Below are positions 1 through 11,053 of a stretch of DNA of 23,706 bases, one piece after another. The notes beneath the pieces are model-generated. The model was not told where the DNA came from, did no database searches, and saw nothing but the letters and a program-made list of their open reading frames with translations. The stretch is from Vermamoeba vermiformis (Eukaryota). The position numbers and the translations under genes were made by a program. The first letter of the stretch is position 1, and each line of letters opens with the position of its first letter. The stretch spans positions 62,001-85,706 of the forward strand of contig JBEWZL010000106.1 of the NCBI GenBank assembly GCA_045837725.1, written 5' to 3'.

Positions 1-1464
1 CTCCTGTATCTGTTGTACAACAAGATACCAACAACTCCGAGCGATAAAAATAATATCATGCTCATATAATTAAAGTTGGCATTGGGCTTCTTCTCATGCA
101 AGCTCGTAGAATTCTGATCCCGATCGAGATTCGGATTTCTGTTCTTGCAGTCAAGAGACCACGCCTGCTTAGGAGCTGATAATAATAGTGATCCATTAGT
201 GCCTTTTGATGATTTTTGAATCAGATCCGGTCTTAAAATGTATCTGCAATCTTTTCGAGCATAAGGAAAAGTCTGCGGGACACCTCTTGGCCTATCTCTT
301 CCTTCAATGACGTATAGCGGAATTTTGCAATGTTCCGCTTGAAACAAATTAATTGGCCAATCAGGACGCAGGCCAAAAGTAATTTCGTCTTGGCGCCAAG
401 GTTTGATACATCCGCCAGCGCCAACCGTTGATGAAACTGTATCGACGTATAAATTGCCGGGCACGGACATAGAAGAGGCTACTTCTTCTTCTATATACCA
501 TCCTCCTTTATAATACCACGCTGCGACTGGTGCCTCATCCGTTGGAACAAAAACGCAAGTTGCATTTTCGTTCGGTGGTTGAGAATAGCAATTCGGCGCT
601 ACGATAAGTATTGTATGAGTATAGTTTACTAATATTATTTAATATATATATGCTTACTGTTCTTCCAGCAATCGAATTCTTCCGTGCTTGGCTTGAACAA
701 AATAATTTCAGGTCCAATCGCCTTATTTACTGGACCAAATCTATAATAAATAAGTATTTTGTCTGGCTATTATATATATTTGTTTCGTACCTTATTCCTT
801 CAATCATGGCTCGTTGTTCTGGCTTTGTAGAGGTTGGATCGCGCGTACAAGTTAGAGCCAACCGAAATTGGGTTCTAAAACAGAATTAAATATTTAAATA
901 ATATTACCGAAAATTGTGTTATACTTACGGAGAGTTAGCGTCCAAAATAAATCGTCTAGTGTACAGTTTTTTGTGGGCGTACGCGCCAAGGTGCTATTGA
1001 AATCGTTAGAAAAATCTCAATTAATATAAAATATTATTGATATTATTGTTTACCTCATAAGGAGTATTTAGAATGCCGTTTTGATCGATCATCATCCAAT
1101 CCGGGTCCTTGACGTCATCCGGAACCAAATCTACAATGCAGAGAGATTTCTCGTCGTCCCACACAATTGAATATTCGAAAAAATAGTCTTCATTTGGATA
1201 TTGCTTTCGTATGTGCGAGCCGCCAGTTTGCTGATCTGAAAATACAAGGCTGACCGTTTTCTTTTCTTTTACTCCACAATTATCGGGCAACACGGCATTA
1301 ACTTCCACGATAAATGGCGAGGAAATAAAAAATATGCCTGATTTTGGACAGGACTTCTCGACTGTACTTTTTAAATAATAAAATGGATCGCAATGATCTT
1401 GTTTCGCTGAGGCGCCGGTAATGGCTAATACTATTATAAATAAACTAATATAATACAGTTGCAT
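1..1464 (-). CDS. Uncharacterised secreted/type I membrane protein (signal peptide, Cys-containing ectodomain, C-terminal TM helix); 3' end beyond window
   Basis: Exons 1464-1054, 993-929, 874-791, 740-658, 598(or 628)-1 join in frame across GT-AG introns of 60, 54, 50 and 59 (or 29) nt. N-terminus MQLYYISLFIIVLAITGASA is signal-peptide-like. The last exon is open to the window edge and ends ...NFNYMSMILFLSLGVVGILLYNRYR (TM helix plus basic stop-transfer residues). Confidence 0.8.
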
Positions 1465-1529
1465 GTTTGTTTAATGCATTTACTTCAAAAAGATTTACTG
1501 TTGCAACAAACGAATTAATTTAATTTTCT

Positions 1530-1541
1530 TGACACGTGTCA
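1530..1541. repeat. Palindrome TGACACGTGTCA, copy 1 (intergenic, upstream of gene 1)
   Basis: Perfect 12-bp palindrome; identical copies elsewhere in the window. Confidence 0.9.
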
Positions 1542-1629
1542 GACAGTATTATTCCGTGAAGATTTACTCAGTACAGAAGAACAATTGGGTATTGTTATTA
1601 TTAATTATGTTATTTTACGCTTTATAGGT

Positions 1630-3021
1630 TTATTTTTGTTGGCAGGAGCACTTGACAAGCTTTTTGGAGTGGATGTAGTCTAGACAAACCGGATCTGCAT
1701 CCTCGCATATGTCATTATCAATCGGACATCCATTCTCCACTGCATATATCAGGCACTCAATCTTGCCTTCTCTAGCTGCTTTGAACGCTGTGTTCGAGTC
1801 CCACGGCACACCGTTCTCATGCGCGTACTTCAGGCCACTGAGGAACCCAGTCATTGCCGCTGTCGAGCAAACTATTGGTCCTGCAGGGCAGTGCTTGTCG
1901 ACTACATACTTCAAACACGCGAAATCTCCGCTAGACGCTGCGCCTTGTGACGTGTTAGAGTCCCAATCACACCCGTTCTCACGGGCGTATACCAAGCACT
2001 CGTATTTTCCATTCTCCGCAGCTCTGGTGCAAGTACGACGGTCCCACGCACAACCGAGCTCGTGCAGGTACCTTAAGCAGTCTAAATGTCCTCCTGTCGC
2101 TGCCGCTGAAGTGCACCACTTGGCAAGCTCGGTGTTGGCAATAGGACTGAACCGGTTGTAGTATTTAAGCAGCTCTATATATCCTCCTTGCGACGCTTCA
2201 ATGCACATAGCAATGCTCCATTCACATCCATTCTCGTGCAAATATTTTAGCACATCCAAGTTTCCTCCTGTTCCTGCGGCCGTTGACGTATCAATGCTCC
2301 AAGGACCTAATATAAATCAAAGTCATTACTCATATACACTATACTGACAGTCAGCTTGATTGAACTTTTGAATAGATGACTTGCATCCGTTTTCATGAGC
2401 GTATTGAAGGCACGAAAGATGACCACCTTCCGCTGCATAAGTCGTTGTTTTGTTGTCCCATGGACACTTGTTTTCATGCGCATATTTAAGGCATTCTAAG
2501 TGTCCATTAGCAGCACTCGCTACGCAAGTCCAACGATCCCATTCGTGTCCAATCTCGTGTAGATCTTTCAAACAAGATAAATAACCGTTTGCTGCATAAT
2601 ATCTGAATACTTCGGCGCTGGTTATTTTTTGCTTCTTATTAAGAGATTTTTTGTCCATATAGTTGCGACAAATTTGGTTCAAACTTTTGGATGCGATCTT
2701 TAAAAACGTCAGGTTGACCGTTGTGTTTGAACTTAATTGCAAAAAATCGTCAAAATCCTTTGTTTTAACACCACAAAGCTTCTCTATAATGACTCCCCAA
2801 ACATCCGTGGGCAAGCGAGAAATATCCTAGATAAAAATTCAGAATTCGAAAATAACAAAAATAAAATAGCATCTTCGGCAAGGATCAAATTATATTATAT
2901 TATTATTATTCAAACAAGCTTCCATAATAAAATAAGGACTGAATTTTTGATTGATCCAATTATTAATCTTGAATCAGAAGATCAAAGCGGTACGTACCAT
3001 TGCCTCGTGAGACGTTTCCAT
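1630..3021 (-). CDS. F-box-like plus ~10 shortened (27-aa) ankyrin-like repeats (HENGCPW type)
   Basis: Exons 3021-2998 (METSHEAM), 2826-2385, 2306-1630. DISRLPTDVWGVIIEKL resembles an F-box start. Repeats such as AANGHLECLKYAHENKCPWDNKTTTYA recur with a 27-aa period. Joins ORFs 2326..2814 and 1630..2259. Confidence 0.85.
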
Positions 3022-3160
3022 GTTTCTAATTGATTGCTGCTATTGATTACTAAAGATAGGAATTATGCGCAAAATTTTTTTTCGAGGCTTCCGAACATTC
3101 GGAAAAGTTGTTTCATTTGATTAGCCCTTGAGATTAGGATAGCACAACATATCATTATTA
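3022..3160. promoter_or_regulatory. Compact bidirectional promoter (ankyrin gene / MFS)
   Basis: Head-to-head ATGs only 139 bp apart; central inverted repeat TTCCGAA-CA-TTCGGAA at 3089-3104. Confidence 0.5.
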
Positions 3161-5554
3161 ATGAGTGTAAATGAATATAAGTCAGAATCAAGCCCTGTAA
3201 GTCCTCTCAATGAGAAATAACGGCAGATCCAGATCTAATTCCGTTTTCTTTAGCTTGATGATTGGCAAAATTTATCAGAAATCAAGAAATATTATTATTT
3301 AATTAAAGAAAATGGAGGATTCAGAAGCTTATGGTGTGCCGATGTAGTTAGCCAGTTCGGGGATTGGTAAAAACGAAAATTAATTTTCAGACATTTTTCT
3401 CTTTGTGAATTCTATGGAAAATGATAGCTATATATAATTGTAACATTATATTAACGTCTCAATTTATTTTTAAATATTTTATCATTTTTTTGGGTGATCA
3501 CAAGATCAAGATCTTACCTTCAACGCCGACTCTAACATTGGCTTTGTTATGATAGGTTTAATTTAGTGGCAACCATTACTATTTTAGAAGAAATAACGCA
3601 AAGCGGATTGATGCTCAGTTTGTTTTTAATGATCCGACTTTTACCCTCTTTGTTTATAACGCCAGTAGCCGGTAAATTGCTTTTATAACATAAATATGTC
3701 ATAATGTTGTCTAATGTGTATTTATTAGGTGTTTTTGCGGATATGTATGATAAACGAACAATTATGGTAAACAGATCGAATTTTAAATTATTTGGATCGA
3801 GCTTAATTTTTTATTTTTTTTAATTTTAGCTTATCGCCGATGTTACTAGATCCATCACTGTCATATGTTTCCTCATCTTAAACGTATATAGAGAAATTTG
3901 GCTACTTTATTTCCTCGTAAGTTATTCCCTATAATTCCGACTGACCTTAGGCCGGCAAAAATTTCTGCAAATATTGCAACAATTTACTGATTACCTTATA
4001 TAGTCATGCACGCAGTTTTTCATCGCTGCGTTTTTCTTCCCGTGTCGCAGTGGGTTGTTGCCTGCCTACGTCAAAGAAGAACATCTTATCATTGCTAATT
4101 CGCTTGATACGGCTACTTGGTCTGGTATGCACTTCAATAATAAGAATAATTAATAATATTATATTCATCCTTTGATAACAAATTTCCTTTAACCTTTGTA
4201 ACATAAATCCGGACTTGGCTCCCGAGCAAAAAAATCGTCCTCGGCGATCTAAAATATAAATATACACCATATTAATGTTTCATATAGCGTTGTTTACGTT
4301 TGGATCGGCTCTCGGAGGTTTGACAGTAGCGACAGCAGGCACATCCGCTAACTACATTGTGGATGCGTTATCCTATTTAGTTTCGTTCTTTTTCGTATGG
4401 AGATTAGGCTCGTACCCAAAAATATCAGAAGAGAAACCAGTTGATATGAAAGATTTTGATATTAACACCGATATTACTTTATCGCCTGCATCTGGAGAAA
4501 AAAAAGCCGCGCTTGGTATCAAAGATCATTTCCGAGAATTTATTGAAGGCATTAAATACTTGAAGAATAATTTGTACCTATTGGGCATTGCTTGCTGCAA
4601 AGGATTTATCGGTCTTACTTGGGGAATTACCGATTTCGTAAGTCACCTTACTTTATTACCAAATTAGGAAATACTGTTGAAACCAACCTCCAACTATTAC
4701 TAAATCTATAATCTATTGTGCCTTTATAATATTGTATTAATAACAACGGAATTGGAGATCTGGATCGCATCTTGAAAGATTGATTTTTATTTTGTACTGA
4801 CTTGCTATTATAGTCCAATATTCTCTTCTCTGAAGGCGAATTCCAAATTGCAGGTTCATCCAGTGCAACACTAGGCATTCTATGGACATTTATGGGCATC
4901 GGAGCTTTTATCGGACCAATCATCGCAGGTTTCTTTACCGGCGATAATGTCCGTAAAATGCATTACTGGCTGTTAGGTTCATTTGCATTGCGTGGCTTAG
5001 GACTACTTTTATTGGCTTGGTCGCCTCACATTCTTGTCGGATTTTTCGCCGATCTGCTTATCACTTGTTCAGGAAGTACGTTAGGACTAAAACTGCGTAT
5101 AATGTTATTATGCTAGTATTAATGCTCTTATTTAGGCATTTTATGGGTATTTTCATCAACAATTTTGCAATTGAAGACTGATCAGGCCTTCCTCGGTCGA
5201 ATTTTCTCCGTAGAACTCTTTGGCATGACTTTAAGTACGTCAAACCCCACTCTAAATATACATTTTATCATATTATAGTACTTAAACTCATCGACCTTTC
5301 TTTTAGCCGAAATGATGTCGCAGATCGGAGCAGGTTTGCTTTTCGAATCATTAGGATTAGGCTTGCGCCCTACCATTTTGGTCTTCGGAGGCATAACTGC
5401 ATTGTCGGCTATTTGGGCAGCTTATTTCTTCTTGAAAGACCGTCCTGAATTCGAACACAAAGCACTTAGTACAACTGCAGATGTGGATCGGGCATTTGCC
5501 GGTGACTCCGATGAAGATGACAATTCTCTATTGTCCCCTGACAATGTATTATAA
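3161..5554 (+). CDS. Major facilitator superfamily transporter, bacterial MefA/EntS (DHA3)-like, ~10 exons
   Basis: Spliced translation from ATG 3161 includes FRSLWCADVVSQFGDWFNLVA, motif A-like AGVFADMYDKRTIMLIADVTR, FFPCRSGLLPAYVKEEHLIIANSLD and GSILWVFSSTILQLKTDQAFLGRIFSVE. Many hydrophobic helices; TAA at 5552-5554. Confidence 0.9.
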
Positions 5555-5712
5555 AGCACCTTTCGAAGAGCAATAATTATTATTATTAGCGGCTCTGAGC
5601 TCTTGTTTCTTTCATGTTGGATCGCGACTTGAGTACACGAGAGCTTTTTTGAAATTAATCTAATCCCAATTTACTACCGCTTATTTACAAAACACACACG
5701 AGCTAATTGTTC

Positions 5713-8700
5713 TCAAAAGAGCATAGCCTGTTGACTAGGCTCGCATACTCGTGAGAACCTCAGCAAATCCATGTCACCCAAGATCTGAACTCCTTTCTTC
5801 AAATATTTTCTGTAACAAAATTATTAATACAATGGTCGCAATATTAAATTGAGAATGACTTACTGTAAAGGAACTATTGGCTCGAGTTTGAAGTTGAGGA
5901 TCTTCAGATCATGAACGCGTTGCAGGATCTTCGAGACTCTCTTAAACTTCCTAAAATTAACTAAACCATCTCTATCTATCGTAGGCAACTCTTCTAGGGC
6001 GACTAAGTCTTGGAGTACAAGACCTATGTATGGCAGATACGGTGTTGGCGTGTTGATTGCGTCAATTTCCTGTCGGTATCGCGAGTAGTTGTCGTTTCGA
6101 CTGACGATATCACGCAACTCTTCTAAGGACTGCATATCCTTTTTGGAAACATGCTATGTATAATAATGTTAGCACCGGGACCTACTACCTTGTCAATAAC
6201 TTCACGTACCTCCCACGTATTTTTCAATCGTACAACGGCCGTCATATCTAGGCCGGACAAAATTTCCATTAATGTGTTGTAGTTGTTAAGCTCCTTACAA
6301 GCCTATTAGAGATTTTAGTAATTGATCGATACCATGTATATGATAGGGCTTATACGTACCTCGCAGACCCGTATGAAAAATGTTATTACGGCTACACGCT
6401 GCTTCAAAATTGGAGCACTAACAATCTCGGATGCGACCCACGAGGTCATCTTTAAAACGCCAAATCAGTTAGTCAATGCTCGCAATAGCGTTATACGGTA
6501 CACTTACCTTATTGAACCATTCGATAAGGATGCAAACTCGCTTCGAAACTGTTTTTCGGTCTTTCTTCTTCCAGTTTGTCATCATCAACTCTGTAGGTGC
6601 AATTAACGAGTACTTCTTGTGTTCAACTAACGTCAACTGTTTGGCGAGTTCGGCCGGATCAAGAGACAAAAGGAGAGGGCTAAAGTCGTTTCGGGGCTCT
6701 AACAAAAGCGTCAGTAAAGTGACATCTTTGACACGTGTCATCAAAAAAACAACTTACTCTTCACGACATTGGCATTAAATAGCTCGTTCTTGTACTTGGT
6801 GGCTTTAGCCTTCATTTTCGCCTTTTCCAATTCTTTTTGCTTTTCTTCTTCGTTGACTACATCGAGGGATCCGTTGGGACTATCCTTTGGACTGACAACA
6901 GCGTGGATTCTAGCGTTGCCTGTGCTTCGAACGCGGTTGTGGGTGCGTCGGAAAGCCTCGCCTTCGGGAGCTTTAGGCGAAGTGAGCGGCGACCTCAAAC
7001 TCGACTTAGATCTGTCACGTTCAGTCCTTGGTGAGTCCGTTTGTGACTTTCCGGAAAGGGGCCTCTTAACTTCTTCACGCGAAGACTTGACTGCAGCTTT
7101 GATGGGACTGTTTGGCGGGCTGGGACTGCTATTTTTAGGAAGACTTTTCAACGGCAAAGGCTTGATTTGTGGTGGGCTAATTCGGCCTGCAGTAGCTGCG
7201 CCAGATGACACGGCGGAGGAAGACTCCGAGGCCTCCGAGTCGCTTCGGTCTCGACCGGCGAGAAGCGCGGTAGATGATTTAGGGGCCGACAGCTTAAACG
7301 AGTTTAAGAAGGGCGGAGGAGCAATGGCGGGGTTTGATTTGGGCCCGTCAATGTCGATAAAGTCTCCAAACTTGCTCGAGACATCAGGCTCTGTGTCAGC
7401 TGAATCGTCGCTATTTGTAGAACTGAGACTGAACACCGTGTCGGATCTAGGTTTGGCTCCGATCTCCAAGTCGTCCTTCGACTTTACAAATCATTAGCGT
7501 ATATTCTTATAGTATATATGTGGTATATCGTATTCTTACGCGTTTGCTGACTAAAGGCTTCGATTGAGTGGTTACAATTTCAACAGATCCGGGCTGGTTG
7601 TCTCGCGGTGTCGAGCCCTTCGTTAATGCGCTTCGATTTCTGCGTCGCGCGCTACTTTTCTTCTTCTTTTTCTTATTTGTGTTTGAATTTACAAGTTGCT
7701 ACAAGAGAGGAAATTAAATTAATACTATGAACTGAGATAATTTTGACAGGCACAACAAATATGAAATTCAATCGTAATTGTATATTAAAGATGATCTAAG
7801 TATTGCGTATTTATAAAATATATTAATGAGATGGAATAAGGTCATTTCCATATTAGTATAATTGAAATTAATTTCAAGTCAAGCTTGTCATAATTGAAGA
7901 TCTAATACGCAATTTAATTTCCGAAATGAAACAATTGTATACTTTTGATATATAGTATATGCACGCCTATAATGATATTTCGCTTACCAAGAAAACTAAT
8001 AACGCATTTAATTGATCCGCCCAAACTTTCTTCGCTGATCCAATTTCGATGTCAATAAACTGTCTAACCTTCCTTAACAGTACTTTGTCCTTCTTGAAGT
8101 AAAAGCTGTAATTTTTAAGCCAAGTTTTGATGACTGTGTACACTCTGGAAAGCGCGTTAGATCCAAGTGTCAGGTCACAACTTCGGTACACATAATTAAT
8201 TACCTGGATCGTATTACGGGTCTATGCTCGTCATAATCCTTTTTAAGGGCATCGTCTGCACCTTGAGGTGGATTATATTCGAATCTGTCTTTAAGATACT
8301 CCAGCAACTTGAACGAATCCAGGTAGTACGGGTAGGTCAAAAGAAATTCATGTAGAAGGTCAAAATCTGGAAATAAAGTCTTAAAGTTAGCTCCTAGTAT
8401 ATATTTATATAATAGGACTCTATTTTAATATTACCTGGTACTTCTCGGGTTGTCAATTTAAAAATTAAATTTTCAATGCTTGCCGCAAGAACGCTCTTCC
8501 TTCCATCTTCTGATTTAGTGACTATCTTGTTCTGTAGGGACAATACTGACTCCCTAATTAAAAGCGTTAACGATTTTGTCAGATCCGATTTATTGAATTA
8601 AATTTAAAGTTTGAATGGAAATTTAGCGTCGAAATGGACATGGCAGTCTGGCAGCAGACAGATTCTATTAAAAGAAAGATATTGGTATAAGAATCTGTAC

Positions 8701-9898
8701 CTTTTTGTGATAGCTCGCGGCCTGAACACTGGCTCGAATTGAATTTCCTCGATCTCTTCCGTAAAACTACGTGGAGACGCCGATCCAGATCTAACGGAAA
8801 AAATGTTTGATTAGTATTTGCCATCAAAAATATTTGCATGCTTGCTTATTTTAAGTATCGTTGCGCCTTAATTAAATATTTTGAAACTGGACAGGCGATC
8901 TTGTCGCATCAAAAGTAGAAAATTATGATTTTGTTTCTAAAGATGGTAATTATCGCCAAAGTGCTAAAAAATAATATTTCATATCATAATTAATGTTGAT
9001 ATAATGGTCGGTTAATATCCGCGGGCTATGTTCCTAATAGTTCTTTAAAAGGCAAACAAAGAACATTGATTGATTGTCAACCGAAGATACTCTTAATTGC
9101 GCCATCATAGGAGTAATATTCAGCTGAATATTCGATGCAGGCTTATTACATCAAATTGTTTCAATGTTGAGCTAAATCTACTAACGAACTTCGGAATATA
9201 CGATTTGTAACCGCGTATCTTTCATAAATTAAATAATTTCAAATTATATTAGCACCATATGACCATATTATACGATACATAAGCAAGCTATAGCAAAAGT
9301 ATACGAGAAAATGTCACTTACTCGCTCTGTTGCGATCTGGATTCATAGCTCTCGCCAGAAGTTAGGACTAATACCAATATATTATTACTATATGGTCATT
9401 AAGGCGTCAATTTGTTGAATAATATCGCGACACAAAATCAAAAAAAAGTCGCTAATCCCATAAATTTGAATTTTGTAAATCATCGTCGCGATACTATCTT
9501 GCAAATATATAATACGTACCTAATCCCTCGAATGATTGAAATAGTCCATCACTATTTGTCCTCCTTAGTATCCTTCCTGGTGAAGGGGATGAAGAAAGTG
9601 AATAAGCTTGAATCCAGCCTTCAGAAGAAGCTCTACGCCTGACTTGCATGACTTCGCGTGGAGGTTGAACTGAAGGCGCTTTTAATATTTCCTTCTCCTC
9701 TTCAAGTGTGTTTCTCTTTCGTGGGGTTGGAGGATCAGAAGAATTTGGCGAGGGAGGATCTTTTTGACTTTCTTGGTTTGACAACTCCAGCAAATTCCAG
9801 TTCGCCAGTCTTATAATATTCGACACTGAAGCTCGTTTTCCAAAATCCACTGATAAAGAGGCTCGCTTGTGATGATTAATTTTTATATCCGCGTCCAT
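5713..9898 (-). CDS. Ras guanine-nucleotide exchange factor (REM/RasGEF_N plus CDC25 domain) with long Ser/Pro-rich insert
   Basis: REM motifs VLAASIENLIFKLT, FLLTYPYY, RVYTVIKTWLKNY (~8550-7990). CDC25 motifs LDPAELAKQLTLVE, LNNYNTLMEILSGL, PYLPYIGLVLQDLVALEE, GLVNFRKF (~6700-5860). TGA at 5713-5715. ATG 9898 is directly preceded by an AG, so an upstream exon is possible. Confidence 0.92.
6729..6740. repeat. Palindrome TGACACGTGTCA, copy 2 (RasGEF intron 6699-6757)
   Basis: Perfect 12-mer with an extra TGACAT half-site at 6720-6725. Confidence 0.9.
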
Positions 9899-11053
9899 CT
9901 GTCAAAATTCAGTTTTGCTTCAGTTGCTTAATGTTGCTGGTACGATTCCAAAAATAAATATTGCGGATGTTTTTAAGCTTAAACTGTTGATTTGTTCTTC
10001 TCTTTTCCGCTTGATTCTTTTTTCCAGATTAACTCCGGCAGTTGGCTGTGCCGAGAGTGCGAGTCTAAAAATCACTTTCTGAGCGCCCTGTGGTGTCCTC
10101 TACAATAATTTTGCTAATAATGCCGAAAAAAGCGAGTCCGACTCCTTGTCCGATATTCACAAACGTCAAAACTGTCATCGTGTCATAGAAAAACCCTCCA
10201 GCGGTACTCTATGGCACTTCTAATCAGAACCGCTTTTATCATACTATCGTCAATACCATACCCAACCGTATTTCGACTCAGTTTGGTCAGAAGAACCGAG
10301 CGTAAAGGAGAAAATTCGGATTCTTCGACGAAACATCCATCCTCGCAGTCTAAACCTAGCGAAATCACTAAAACTTCACTATAGTGTACCGTTTGGCTGG
10401 TAGGCAACAACTTGCCGAAATCTCGTGTCACCTGTTCAAGGAGATAAAAATCGAGATTATCGTTAATTTTTCTTTTGTTGCTGCTTTTAGGCTCAGAGTT
10501 ATTTTAAAATTATTTAGTTTGTACTCGCGATGACACTTTACGTCATAGCTCAACTCTCAATAATTCGTGGTTCATGAACCAGTTGGCATTAGTCCGCACA
10601 AACTTTAGGCATCCCACTCCCTCGTAACGAAACAAACGCAACAACACAACTGAGTCCAATCTCTTCTCGTGCAAACTATCAAGATATTATGTTGTTATAA
10701 TATACTACCGCGTAGAGAATAATAGGAGATTAGATAAGGATGGTAGAGCGAATCAGTTCCTTCATGGATGGCATCAAGCTACTGCGCTAATATGACGCTC
10801 TGTAGGCGTGTAAGTTGCACCAATATTATCAAAAAATATCTATAAACTCGTCCCGTGGGTGCGGCAACGAGTTAACGCTGATTTGTTTTGGATTAAGTAA
10901 TGGAGTGGAAAATAATTTTGTCTGAAGTATCTTGGCTTGGCTTTATTTAAAATATCCCTACTTTTCGTAATATTGCACGTATACTTTAATCTAATATTTG
11001 TTTTATTAATTAATTAGAGATAAGGTGAGCCTTTTCAGACTGTTACATAACGG

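Noticed and set aside
233-889. Short ORFs 233..424, 535..717 and 611..889
   Set aside because: Alternative frames or antisense of the spliced membrane-protein gene.
1709-2161. 150-aa plus-strand ORF with repeated HPFS
   Set aside because: Antisense mirror of the ENGC ankyrin repeats.
1630-3021. Endogenous giant-virus insertion
   Set aside because: Only one virus-like gene, and it has introns; no capsid, polymerase, packaging ATPase or integration boundaries.
3089-3104. Heat-shock element
   Set aside because: TTC-GAA spacing is 1 nt rather than the 2 nt of nGAAn arrays.
6769-7497. 242-aa plus-strand ORF
   Set aside because: Antisense shadow of the GC-richer Ser/Pro-rich RasGEF exon; no independent motifs.
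10183-10431. 82-aa minus-strand ORF
   Set aside because: Starts at GTG directly after an acceptor-like AG; no recognisable motif and no upstream coding exon found.
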